DNA of 64,000 nt from contig OX597816.1 in the NCBI GenBank assembly GCA_951406725.2, positions 54,126,001-54,190,000 on the forward strand. Reading direction: 5' to 3'. The notes under the pieces were generated by a model. The model had not been told where the DNA came from and did no database searches. It was given only the letters and a program-made list of their open reading frames with translations. A program made the translations under genes and the position numbers. The stretch is from Octopus vulgaris. Its lineage: Eukaryota. Below, in pieces: positions 24,790 to 37,992 of this stretch; positions within the stretch are counted from its first letter, which is position 1; every line of letters begins with the position of its first letter.

Positions 24790-25311
24790 CTAACCCTCTA
24801 AAACCTCTACTTTATTCCTGAACCACAAATGCTATGGCAATGTAACTTGGCACATGCATGTACCATGGATAAGCTAACATTTCTGCATTACAAAAGTATT
24901 GCTGACGTCAGTATTTTTCTGATGATGTCATCAAATTTACTGAAATCTTTTAAAATTTTGCCTTTTTATTTTGCCGAAATTTCACAAGAACTATTTATGC
25001 CATGATAAGGAAGCTTTGAAGAAATATACACCATTAACGGACAAATTTGTTTCTATAACTAGAACTTTGCTGATGGTAGTGTTGTTTGGTGATATTTTTT
25101 TCGGTTACAAGGGCTTACAATCAAATATCATAAAATAAATATCCAAGAAATATCATTTTATACTACCTGTTCAATTTCTGCTTCCATGGAAACAGAGAAA
25201 ATTTGTTTCAAAATCTGCCACGTGAGCATTTAACAGGATAAATTTTAGGAAAAGTCACAACGAGGTGGGAGAGCTCTCACAGTTCACCACCGCCAGACAT
25301 AATAGGATTAA
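24790..25311. mobile_element. Possible degenerate piggyBac-like MITE
   Basis: Ends CTAACCCT...AGGATTAA resemble TTAA|CCC...GGG|TTAA; TIR match beyond that is poor. Confidence 0.3.
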
Positions 25312-26387
25312 GAAGAGAGTCTCACTGGTCTGTGTAAAACTTACATGTTATTTTACAATTGTCTCTAAATTGTTGATGTAAGTTAAGGAAAAAGATTGGC
25401 AGTTGGAAGACAGAGAGGTCATCGATGAATCTTTGGTAGAGAAGTCATCCATAGGATTATTGGGAGAAGTATATTGAAATGGAAACATGGTTCAGAGTTT
25501 ACAAGTTAATTTAGGGAATACTGTTTAAGAACGGAGCCAGAGTGACCTGATCGTTGTTTTTCTTTGTCTTCTTTTTATGCTGTTTCGTCTTCGCATGGGA
25601 TTATCTTAAAGGCAAGTCGGTTCGAGGGTATGCCTGTTTCTGTAGAAAGAGTGAACAGTTAATAGCAAATATGGATCGTCTTATGAGCATGAATGATACG
25701 TAGAGAGATTTTGGTTGAGATCGAAGAGGCTTTATACTTTGAAGAAATCCCTTTTAACACGAGAACCGAATGCGGTTGAAGATGACAAATGGCTCGAGGA
25801 AGAGAAGAGGTTGGTTGGTTGGTTGGTTGTTCGGTCGGTCGGTCGATTGATTGGTGTTGTGTTGGATTATTTATTAGTTAATTATCGGACTGCCCCACGG
25901 CAGCAGAGTGTTTGAGATGTGGCCAAATAGTTGAATTTGTATGAATAGAGTAGAAGTGTGTTGTCATGAAGACTGTATCAGTCAGTCTGCATGACAGTCA
26001 GAATTTAAGGAGTAAATATTTCGGTTTCAATGGCATCAATGTTGGGGGATCAATGAAAGAGAACCGAAAGGAGTTTGGGTCTTGATTCCCCAAACATAAT
26101 GACTTCATTAAAAGAAGATGAAATAGATGTCCAAAAACAGATCGAGAGGTAATCGAACTGATGTTGGTAATCTATCAGATGCTGGTAATAGATCAGATGC
26201 TGGTAGTTTGGAAGTAAGTAGGGATGAAGTTTTAGGAATGGATGAAAGAGACTTTTAATTGGAAATCTTTATTGCAATCAATCTGGAGACACAGGTAGAT
26301 TCCAAACGAAAGAAAAAGACACGGAATTTTTGAAATAAATTTGAACACAGCATGTAGCCAGAATAACGAAGAAAGAGTAGAAATAAT

Positions 26388-26581
26388 CCTCTCTATACTA
26401 TAGGCACAAGACCTGAAATTTGAGGGGAGGGGCTAGTCGATTACATCGACCCCAGTATGCAACTGGTACTTATTTTATCGACCCCGAAAGGATGAAAGGC
26501 GAATTCGACCTCGGCAGAATTTGAACTCAGAACGTAAGGACGGACGAAATGCTGCTAAGCATTTTGCGTCCGTTCTTAGAT
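26388..26581 (-). mobile_element. 5'-truncated SINE with family A body and an alternative tail
   Basis: Same central block as 3351-3584 but the tail is CCCCTCCCCTCAAATTTCAGGTCTTGTGCC. TSD TAGAAATAAT at 26378-26387 and 26582-26591. Confidence 0.85.
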
Positions 26582-26929
26582 TAGAAATAATGGTAGCGAA
26601 AAGTGTGTCTTGAAGAGAATATAAAATTTTCCCCATCGCATAGTTTTCTGTTCTTTAAGAGTTTGCTTGGTGACGAATAGTGAGAAGAGACCAAGTTTAC
26701 TACAAACCTCTACATGTGACCTTCCTAACTGGATTTTTGCTGCTTCAGGTTAAGGATTCTAAAATCCCTGGCGAGAGTTACTAGTAAGAACTGGGGAAGG
26801 AGCTGATACTGAATTATGAGTCAGCAGATATGGTAACCTTCCTCAGTGGAAAGCTACAACTAAAAGTAGTTTTGTACGAGGCTGTTTTTGTCGAACGGGA
26901 TATTTGAACTAAATGCGTGAAAGAAAGCG

Positions 26930-27467
26930 AATTCACCAAAACAATGCAAGAATCTGGAAATGATTTTAAACCGGGCAGTATCTTAGGCTTACATCAGCAA
27001 TGTCGTTGAATGTCCCCCTCCGATGATTCTCATGCAAAAGAGGATGAATTTTCTTCATATTTTCGGAGGTGGCACGTATGGAAGGTCTTCCTGATGGATC
27101 ATCGTATTTCAGGGACGTTCATCCGCTTTTGAAGCGCCTGTGCCATTCAAATCATTACCTACGACACATTGCCTCGATGCAGTAAGCTTTTCGAAGCATG
27201 CACAATGTCTCTGTAGCAGTCTTGGCAAGTTTAATGCAAAATTTCATCGTTGGCGCTTTGTTCCTGTCCTTGACAAAATCGCAGACTGCAGCAGACACAA
27301 ATGATCACAAAAAATCAAAGTCCAGAACTTGCGAAGCAAACAAAGCGATGTCACTCGGCACCCGGCCTCACGAAAATCACTGCTAGCCCTCACTGCGCAG
27401 GCAACCGTGTGGTCCCACGTGTTGGCGCACTACAGAACTAGTCCGCGAACATTTTAATACCATCTCG
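26930..27467 (-). mobile_element. 5' half of the same mariner family as 23671-24567, opposite orientation
   Basis: GTTGGCGCACTACAGAACTAGTCC...ATACCATCTCG|TA is the reverse complement of the 23671 TIR region; body homologous (CGTCCCTGAAATACGATGATCCA). Confidence 0.85.
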
Positions 27468-27477
27468 TATAAGTATT

Positions 27478-27788
<311 letters not shown>

Positions 27789-27794
27789 GTAACA

Positions 27795-28526
27795 CGCACT
27801 CGTGCAGTGTCCAGCAATTTCCGACTTGTGGGCTTATGTCGAACAACTGCTGTCACGTGTGGGACGAGTCGGTTTATCAGCCGAGTCTATCGTCAATATT
27901 GTCACGCCTCCTTCCTTCAAACGGGAAGGAAGAACTATTTTCATTATCCTTGTGGCTATGGCGACAGAATGTATCTGGTGGACGCGTCTGAAAGGATTGG
28001 AGACAAACACTTTCCTCTCTGGTCAATCTCTCATCAACTTCTTCAAGTATCTCTTGAAAAGGAAAGTGAGAGTAGAGAGGCAAGTTTGTCTAGCGAATGT
28101 TTTAAAAAAGATGGGTGAATGTAGCAAGGATGGCACGTATGAATGACGAAGCCACCTTGAGCATAATCCTATGAACCCGGAAATTTAAAACAGAGGGTTA
28201 CCTACTTGCAAACAAACGTGGTAACATGTAACAATATTGACCGAGGTTACCATGGTCTTTTCCGTAGGCTTTTCTTCCCATGGATAAACCTTATCTGCTT
28301 TCCCCTTTATACCTTACATCATGACACTGTGATACACCATCCTTATTGATTGTTTTTTCTTCTTTTGTTTCTTTTCCATTTTTTTCTTTCTTCTTTCCCT
28401 TTTACGATCCCTTTTGATCGAAAACCTACCCCAACTTTTTATTTTTTTTCTCTCCCCCAAAAAGAAAAGCACTACTTTGTAATCTGTCCCGTCTGTGTGC
28501 AGCCCTGTGTGGCTAATAAAGAAACA
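27795..28526 (+). mobile_element. 5'-truncated Tx1/L1-clade LINE (ORF2 C-terminus plus 3' UTR) with 11-bp TSD
   Basis: TSD TATCTGTAACA at 27784-27794 and 28527-28537. HALVQCPAISDLW (end of the CCHC knuckle)...CIWWTR...F..RW pattern of the L1/Tx1 ORF2 C-terminus; 3' end has AATAAAGAAA. Confidence 0.75.
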
Positions 28527-29065
28527 TATCTGTAACAGGTAGTGTAATATAATGTAGCACAGCACAGATTGCAAATAAACCTGAGATCAAGAACAATAAT
28601 ATTCAAAATTAACGAAAAGATCTAATATCACCAAATTGTAAACTGTATTAAGGCTCACCTTAATAAATCTGACATGATGAAAGTTGACCATACTTTTAAA
28701 TAGTATCATGGAAACTGAGATTTGGCTGCTATCACTTGCAGGTTATGAGACCACTTGAACGACTCCAAGTCTTTATTTCGCAGTCACTTGCAATTTATAA
28801 TTATATAATTTCAAAAATGTTATCTAATGCCTTTTTTTCAAACAACCTTTCCTTTATATCTGTAAACTATAACCTTCTCCATGAATAAATTGATGAAAAT
28901 AGTTATCGCCCTGTAAATAATGTTTGTACTCACGATATTTACTGAGCTCTTAGGGTAACAACAGAACTATAACATTGCCAAAATGACATTTCAATGACTA
29001 GCTTCGTTTCCTTCATCATGTCTCACATTACACCATATTATGGTTGCTATACACGCACGCACGCA

Positions 29066-29118
<53 letters not shown>

Positions 29119-29669
29119 ACACACACACCTGGAGTACCTTTAAGAAAGACCACCGAACTGTTTGACCAACCAATACACTGTGTATTCCCCTGCCACTGCT
29201 GCAGATTTTATAATGTTCCGCCCACCAAATTTATGCACTGCCATTTCCCTTCCTTCTAACTGTTTCCGCTCTACAACAGTTGAAAAGTTCCTTTCTTTCC
29301 GATTACAACTCTTTAATACCCATATTCCCACCAAACATTTAAACTGAGCACAAACTACATCGATCTCATCGTCTAGGATGCTCGTAAAGGCGAAAGGCAC
29401 TGTCCATCTTGGACTAAATATTATAATATATATTTATCGACATCCATTTCTTAAATACAATTTCAGAACGAATACTCTTTTAATTCTGAAATTATGAGAT
29501 TAAAAGTGGTTAGAATGCATTCTGCTTTCAAGAATCTTTTTAATGATACGTAAACAAAGATCTTCCAGGGAAGTCAGGTGAATATTAATGAAGAATTTTC
29601 TTGCAACTGTGAATAAATTCCAGTGAGAATTGACACGGACAGAAATGAGAAATGAGTGCGAATATAACT

Positions 29670-29718
<49 letters not shown>

Positions 29719-29880
29719 GAGAGAGAGATAGGGAGAGAGAGAGAGAATGTTAGTCTGGAATTTGAGTACGTTAGGAGAGTAGAAAGACTGATATACCTTA
29801 GAAAATAACAGAGTTAGCTGTCAAATGCGACTCTGTTAATATTTTGGCAATAACACACGTGAGGCATAAACAAGTGTATT

Positions 29881-30112
29881 TATTTCTTTATTGCCCACAA
29901 GGGGCTAAACACAGAAGGGACAAACAAGGACAGACAAAGGGATTAAGTCGATTACATCGACCCCAGTGCGTAACTGGTACTTAATTTATCGACCCCGAAA
30001 GGATGAAAGGCAAAGTCGACCTCGGCGGAATTTGAACTCCGAACGTAACGGCAGACGAAATACGGCAACGCATTTCACCCAGCGTGCTAACGTTTCTGCC
30101 AGCTCGCCGCTT
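29881..30112 (-). mobile_element. Full-length SINE family A
   Basis: Closely similar to 3351-3584; diverged direct repeats TGA(G/A)GC(A/G)TAA(A/G)CAAGT(G/A)TATT flank it. Confidence 0.9.
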
Positions 30113-32031
30113 TATGAAGCGTAAGCAAGTATATTGTTAAATATATGAATTGTAGCTTGAGAGAGCAGGAGATGTGAGATCAACAAAATAAATATTTTTT
30201 ATTGCTCGGTGAAGTATGACCTAAATTCTATTTACTGAAGTGTAGGAAGTATGAACATTATCAACATAATAGTAAATCTTTAAGATCATCGAATTTATTA
30301 TATTACCTGGAGTAATATTGGCGGTTATTTCGGAGAATCGACACAATGGTTCGGAAGCCAAGTAAAAATGTTATTTTCCATCCCTACAAAAGAAAAGATA
30401 GTTGCAAATTCAGCTCTTGTTTTAAAGACACACGCACACACATACAAACAGGCACACACACATACACACAAACACACATGTATGCATTTAAGTATATACA
30501 TAATTTCTAAGTTATTTACACTGTCTTAGGTAGTTCTTATAACACTTTATACGACTGCAGTTATTGCTAAAAACCTGACAAAGGACACGTTATACAATGT
30601 GTGAAACTTATATAGGAAAGTCACAGAAACTGTTAGCTTCAGTGTCGATTATACAGCAGAAACATGAATCAAATTAAGAATAAGCTATGAATTAAATTAG
30701 ATCAACGAAGTGTGGAACTGTTGAGAATCGTTTAACGGAAGTGGAGATCAATGGTGAGATTAATTAGATAAAAATAAGGTGTTGTGTTGTTCATTGATGA
30801 AGATTTTGATAGAAAAGTTAGAAGTAATGATCTCTGGTTGAAAACTAACAGTGTGCACAAACCGATGTTGTAGTTTAATCGAAGAATTAATAAACATATT
30901 AATCAATGCTGTTTATTTCTAGAAAAAGAAAAGTTAATCTGAAAACAACGAAATCGTTTAAGGATCGTGGAATTAGAAAATTAACAACTTGATATAATGA
31001 AAGTGGCAGTGAATTTATGAATCAATATAAAATATATTGATATTTCTCGTAAGATGAGAAACCAGATACACTGCCAACCAAATGTCTCAACGAACATCTA
31101 ATATTTCTTTAAAAGAAGACTATATTCTATTTCTTTCGGCAGAATTATACTTGTACAAAATATTACGATGCTTTTCTGATTATTAACGGCGTTAGAAAAC
31201 TACAGGCTGCTGACGAAAATATGAAAACCATTGATGATAGTGAAGGCGTATTTGTTGTAGTCAAAATCTGTTTGTGAACAGGGTAAAATAAATCTCAACT
31301 GAGATTAAGCGAGTAAAAACCACTCCTACAATAATATTATTCTTTACCTGAAGGAAATTAATATTTCAAGATATAGGTCCCATTATGAAAACCATGTACA
31401 CAGTTTCACACATAAATTACGTTTCTGGCAGTAATAGATCGATTTAAGATTATAAAAGATCATTTACGGCAAGATACATTAGAAAGGATAACGAGAATTC
31501 GACGACACCAAGATTGAAAAGTACAAATTTGAAAGAAAAGTACTTTTGGAGCGAAAATTAATTTTTATTTATTTATTTTTTTACTTACATAGCTTCAATA
31601 TTTGTTTCCATTGATTTCCTTTTTATTGCTTTCAATAGCAATAAAGTTCCCTACAAAGACACACATTAGGTATTTTGTTCGAGAATTTTAAAGTCTTTTG
31701 TTGTTCTAGAAGACTCCTTTCATCCTGACGGAGTAATTTTAAATAGAAATTTCTAAATGGTTGCTTCAGTTTCAAATTACGACATTTTCCCTATTCAGGA
31801 AAATTTACAAGAAAGGAAAGTAAATTCCAATGGATGTTGGTAATTATATTCCTGTGTCATATTTCCACTTGACCTAGTTTTGTGTCAATCCCATCGATCC
31901 TACTGACCTATTTAGAAATTCTGATCGGAACAAAAACCCAAATCAGGAATAGAATCACAAGTGGAGATTAATTTCAAAACAGCAATAACGGTTTACAGTT
32001 AAAAGATATATTAGCTATCGAAAGTTCATGT

Positions 32032-32114
<83 letters not shown>

Positions 32115-32349
32115 CCTCTACCTGTCTGTCTGTCTGTCTGTCTGTCTATGTTTAAGCGTCTATCTATATCTGTCTATGTCTGTCTATCTATGTGTGTGTG
32201 TATATGTGTATGTGTGTGAGCATATGTATATGTATGCAAATGTATACATGTGTGCAGATGTATACACACACATCTATGCCTTTGTATATTTATATGTGTG
32301 TGTATACATTGGCATGTGTACGTATGTATGTTTGTATGTATGTATGTAT

Positions 32350-33350
32350 GTTCTCTTTTATTTTTAATCATTTGAAAGCTTCCGCTGAGGAAGGAGCTGC
32401 TTTCTAACAAAAGTAAAAAAAAACTCCATCGTTACAATGTAGAGAACAAAAACCATGTCGCATTCTAAACTTCAAAAAAGTCTTGTAGAATTTTACTGTT
32501 CCACTTACAGATCGTATTTGTAATGTGAGAGTCAGTCGGTTAATTTCTTTTTCTGTAAACCCCTGTTTACCCAGATTCTCACGTAGGCATTTACTCACAA
32601 AACCAAATGCACTAATTATTACTGGTATAAATGTAAATTTGTAATCTGGATATAAAAGCTGGAGGTTTCGAAGCAGTTGTCCATGTCTCTTTCAAAGAGT
32701 CATTCACATCAGCAGGGCAGCTGTCTTCTATGAAAGTACATACTTTTTCTTGTCTGTTCCAAACAACAATATTCGGCCTGTTCTGCTTATACTTGACGTG
32801 TTTTGATGGGAATATTCCACCAATATTCCTTGTTTTGATGTTTGTATATGTATTCAGTAACAAGGGGGATTCTCTATATTTATTCCAGGACAATCTTTTT
32901 TCCGGATGGTATTGTATTTTGTTTTTGCGACACCGTTATGTCGCATAGGAGGTGGTATCATGATGACATTTTTGGGCAGCTGCTAATCACATGTGTGATG
33001 TCTTCCACAGAAATATGACATAATCCACATTTTTGGCTGCACATTAGAACTGCAAAGTCCCCACTGTCTCTTTTGTGTATTAGGTATTTCATAGCAATCT
33101 CTCGTTCTAGGACTGAAAATTCATAGCTTTCGATGTGTGATGTGATGTAGCAATCTCATGTCTTCGCTTTCTTCAACATTACTGTCTTCACGTTTTAGGT
33201 AAACATTTCCATGCATACTCTTTTTTTGGTATGCAGGACGTTTCATATCTAGGTCTTCTTTGAGATATGTTAGTCCGGCAGTTTTGTGGTTCTATGGGAG
33301 GTCACCAGGAAGAGAGTGCTTCCTCAGATGCTTAATACTGACACGTAGAG
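32350..33350 (-). mobile_element. RLE LINE family 2 (R4/R2 group) 3' fragment ending in (CATA)n
   Basis: NRPNIVVWNRQEKVCTFIEDSCPADVN and SVSGTVK..KTFLKF; homologous to 50609-51425, 51586-51995 and 58012-58420. Confidence 0.8.
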
Positions 33351-33671
33351 TTAGGGTTCACTTTTCAGCATTAAGCTAATGTATTTCTTTTCTTTGCTAC
33401 TGTTGTTTAGCAAATATTTATATGTTTGTTATTTGAAAGAATTTTCTGCCAACCAAAATATAATCTTTAAAACTGATAATTTATTTTTTAATACTTTCGT
33501 ACATTAAACGATGTAATTCAAAAGATTAATTGTGTAAGAGACATTTTTTGAAATAATAAGATACAAATATGGGTTGCTGTTTCAGGTTTTTAATTGCCAT
33601 CTTTGTGGCAACATTTTGTAAAATCTAATCTAATATTTTTGTAATGAAGAGGATTATGAGAAAAATGTTGC

Positions 33672-33848
33672 TAATCTGGATATAAAAGCTAGGGGTTTAC
33701 AGAAAAAGAAATTAACCGACTGACTCTCACATTACAAATACGATCTGTAAGTGGAACAGTAAAATTCTACAAGACTTTTCTGAAGTTTAGAATGCGACAT
33801 GCTTTTTGTTCTCTACATTGTAACGATGGAGCTTTTTTCTTTTCTTAG
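33672..33848 (+). repeat. Locally templated insertion: 19-bp direct copy of 32642-32660 fused to an inverted copy of 32404-32564
   Basis: Near-identical sequence visible by direct comparison; flanked by the 13-bp IR AAAATGTTGCTAA / TTAGCAACATTTT. Confidence 0.85.
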
Positions 33849-34259
33849 CAACATTTTCCCCAATGTAATCTCTATGATGTTTTAGAGAACATGCTTTGTA
33901 ATGAACGAAAGAATCATTAGCGATACTTGTTGATACATTGAGACTAAAAGGGAAATTGAACCATCCCGTTAGGTTTCTATTCTTTCAGTGTCGGAGAGTA
34001 AATTAATATCATTTGTATTATTTATGGAATTAGTCTTATCCTAAAAACCACATTCGAGTATCAGCACTTTATTATAATTGGGTGTGCTTTGTTAAAGGAA
34101 CACAAATCAGATGAAATACTGCATAAATATACTAATTGTTTTTAAACCAAATTATAACAATTAGTGGGTGACTGCATATATGGAGGGAACATATCTTTAT
34201 TATCAAGCATGATGGCCAGCTATAGTCTTCAAGAGATATCACGGTAATTTTACACTACA

Positions 34260-36232
34260 CAGCCACGTAGCCAGCCGATTGCAACTGGGGGTGCTATCTT
34301 GATAGCTGGGGGTGCTGAACTGGGGTACGGACAAAAGCTCCTACTCAAAGTGTGAAAGTGGACAAAAGCCCCATGCTTATATTTTTCGGTTATTTTTTTC
34401 GTTTTTTTTTCCATATTTCTTGACGCCTAACCTGATCAAAACTTATTATATAACGATATATTTCGTTTTTATTTTCAGTTTACTTGTTGCAATCATTAAA
34501 CTGAGGCCATGCTGGGGCATCACCTCGAAGAGTTTTTAGTCGAATCTATCGACTCCAATATTTTGAAAATGATTTTCAACAAGCACATAGTTAAGCCTAA
34601 AAGGTCTTTCTACAAGCTAGAGATAACAGCCAAATCTTTAAACATTATTTTTATATAATTTCAAATAAACATCGACCACGAGGCTGACAGTGTGTCTTCT
34701 CAACAATTCGATGATTTCGTTTTGCATTGCTGCTGAGTTGTAGGTCGCAATTTTTGGAATCGTGCTGTAACATTCCATTAGCTTTGAGTCTTCCTCTAAT
34801 GTGTACAGAAATAATTTCATAACAAAGATCCCGAAAAGATTCATTTTCGTTTCTTCGAAAAGGCAATTCGTTTGCACAAAGAAAATGAACAATGTCAACA
34901 ATGGAACTGATATAATAACGGTTTTTGCTCAACTGATCATTTTGCAAGATTGAAGACACGGATGTTGTTGTGGATAAACTCTATTGGCGTCCCTTCGATG
35001 TTACCATAGCTTGGATATGGGATGCAGAATTTGCATCCTTATTTAAACCTTTGTTTTTTTCTTTTGCATGATGCCAATTAGAATATCCATTTCAGCTTGA
35101 GCAGAAGTATTAAGGTGCCGACAAGCAAAACAAAACAAGGCTTTCTTTGAAAGAGAATACTCTAACCATAAACGACCAGTATACCAGCTTGACGAGAAGT
35201 CACGTCTCTGTTTTCCATAAATTTTTGGATCGAACTTTGCTAGAACTGGCTGCACTGGTTGGCAGTCGACCTGTCCTAGATCATCCAATGAGGGTGTCAA
35301 AGACTTTACAAGACCTTCCTTGAGATGCGAAACTTCGTTTGCAATTCTCTTCTGCTTAGCATTATTAGATGAATCAGAATGGAAATTCAGCAATGATTGC
35401 TTCAGTTCTCTTTTTCGGTAGTGATTCATTATTTTTGGGCACCGATATTCGCAATTATTAATTCTAAGGTAGAATATCGTAGTAAGAGTAACAATTTCTT
35501 AAAATTTATGTATTTTAAAATTAATCTCGAAAGAGATTTCAGTTCAAACAATTTTTTTTCAATTTCTTCAAAGTTATGCTTTTTTAGTTAAACTCAAAAT
35601 AATTTCAGTATAAACTTTGTTCAAGGAGTAAGAAAAATTATTCAGTGAAAGTTCTCACCTGAAAAATACTTTCTGAACGTATATTTTGGGAAATTTCAAA
35701 AAATTTCTTTCCTTTTTCGCGAATAATAATCCTCTCTGACTAGTAGAATTAAAATGACTTTTTAATGTCCGTCTCTGTTCATATATATATATGTGTGTAG
35801 TGATGCGTTTACTACTATAAATCTCTAACTACGGCAACAATTCTTCACATACCTTTCAACAGCAACAAGGACAATCACTAGCACCGCTGTCGCCACCACG
35901 AGCACCACCACCACCACAACAATAAAAACAACTGACCCAGCATCACCCACTCCTTAATTCAACCCACGGTTGATGACCGGGTTAGCAGCCAATTTTGCGA
36001 CAACAATTACAACTACAACAAACACTTTTTAACCAGCTCTAATTTACCCACATTTTCATATTACTAACTACTAAATCAAAAGAAATTCAATTTATTGCAT
36101 CTTTAGCGACCTCAGATATTGCTTATTATTTCAAGAGTGGATAAAACAAATTCTCCTAATGGGGTGGAGGAGCTGAGATTCTAACTGGGGGTTCTGAGCA
36201 CCCCATAGCCTCCCCATGTAGCTACGTGTCTG
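34260..36232 (-). mobile_element. hAT DNA transposon (ZMYM1/Tip100-like), truncated transposase
   Basis: TIRs CAG(C/A)CACGTAGC; 8-bp TSD ACACTACA (34252-34259) / CCACTACA (36233-36240); subterminal CTGGGGGT repeats. Transposase pieces 35429-34638: TTF-type zinc finger RDFSSSWY...WLEYS...FCFAC and DUF4371-like NELPFR...NF...QNEIIELL. No catalytic core seen. Confidence 0.88.
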
Positions 36233-37610
36233 CCACTACAGACGTCCCTGATTATCTGTATATACTTGTCTGGACACTGATAGCTTTCGGGCAGAATTCC
36301 TAAAAAGGTGAAGTAACTAGCCGTGTTGCTAGAGCTTCGCGTTATTTGTTCCGTCTCTCTACACTCTTCGTTTAATCTTGCCAAGATCAATTTTTTTCAG
36401 GGTCGACAAAAAAATGTCCATCCAAGACTGTTGGTAAAACTGTGACAGGGGGTCTTAGAGCATTTCAGTATTGCTCTGACTCATGCAAGTTAAGGCTGTA
36501 TGAAACTTTGCAGTAATGGTGGAAGGTGAATTTCATTCAGTAGTTGAACAGAAAAATGTTTCTAATATTTGGAGACACTTAGTGGGAGATAATCATTTTA
36601 TCATAAAATTTGGAGACATGAAAAGTTTGAATTTCAAATCATGATGTAAGGAAAAAAAGATGCAGAGGATACACAGATTACTTTAAATTTTGTTTGCTTA
36701 CTTATCATTAGGTTCTTAAAAATTTTTGTCAATGGTAATCATACACAGCCTGCTTTCGTTCTTTTTAGAAACAATCAACATTACACAACCTGAAGTATAT
36801 AAATTGAGCATTTCATAAACTGAGACACTTCTTAAAGATGGAATATGATTTGTGTGGAAGAAATTTATCGAATGTGCGTTATTCTTTCCTTTTTCTTCAT
36901 AGAGTGTTTGTTGTTTAGCAATCGAAAGAGAAGAAAGGTTCTTAGCCTTAACCTACAGATAACTGTTTCCAAGGTGTTCTTACTTCCAAAGATGCTCTTA
37001 TAGAAATTAATATTTTAGTTTTAACTGCTTACGAAATTCCGTTTTTATTATCTTCTGTCAACCATAGATATCGGTTTTAAGCTGATATTTCATAAAAGTA
37101 CTCTCTTATTAGTTTTTATTTAGTTTCAGCTTCATATCTCTCGAAACTACGTAGAATGTTCTGACAAAGTAAATAAAATATTTGTTTTTCGAGGGGCTGT
37201 ACCGAAAATACAGGCAAAGTTGTGCCAAAACCTCTGCTCCGGATCTCTCTACCAGAACAGCGAAGAGCAAACATGTCGTTAGATCGATAATCGATAAACA
37301 ACGGGACAAGCTACCGAAAATGGTGTAATTATCTATGATCTTATTGCAAAATGTATTATTTAGTGAACGTAGTTGAAATTAGTTTGTTGTAAGGGTGAGT
37401 GAAATCAGTCGCTCTCACTGTTATGAACATACGTAACATACGTACGCTTGCAAGTGTGCGTATGTATGTGTGTACGTATGTATGTATGTATGTATGTATG
37501 TATGTATGTATGTATGTATGTATGTATGTATGTATGTATGTATGTATGTATGTATGATGTATATATATATATCTATATGTATATAGTTTGTGTACGAGAA
37601 AAGAACACGG

Positions 37611-37992
37611 AGAAATTGAAATATAGACATCGATCTATTAAAGAATATTTAATTCCAAACAAAAACAAATTCATAGCACCTATAATTGTTTCCATTCCCA
37701 ATTAATTCGATTTGAGAAATTAAATTAAATTAAATCCTCGATAAACTCAGATATATGAATCTATCAAGGATCTACCAACACATTGGAATGGAGCTCCTTT
37801 CTATCAAGTTCTTCCCTTGACGAAATGTCCAAATAGCTATATTCAATATGAAACTTAATTTAGTTTAATTTAATTTAATTTAATTTCTCAAATTGAATTT
37901 ATTGAGTATGGAAACAATTGTAGGTGCTATGAGTTTATTTTTGCTTGAAATTGAATATGTTCTAATAAGTTGATGTCTATATCTTAATTTCT
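37611..37992. repeat. Fold-back / MITE-like element with ~125-bp inverted arms
   Basis: 37613-37735 matches the reverse complement of 37867-37990 at roughly 80% by eye (shared ATATAGACATC, CATAGCACCTA, AATTGTTTCCAT, ATTTGAGAAA). Confidence 0.8.

Noticed and set aside
30900-31500. Possible gypsy integrase remnant (LAVIDRF)
   Set aside because: Single short motif, no LTRs or other pol motifs.
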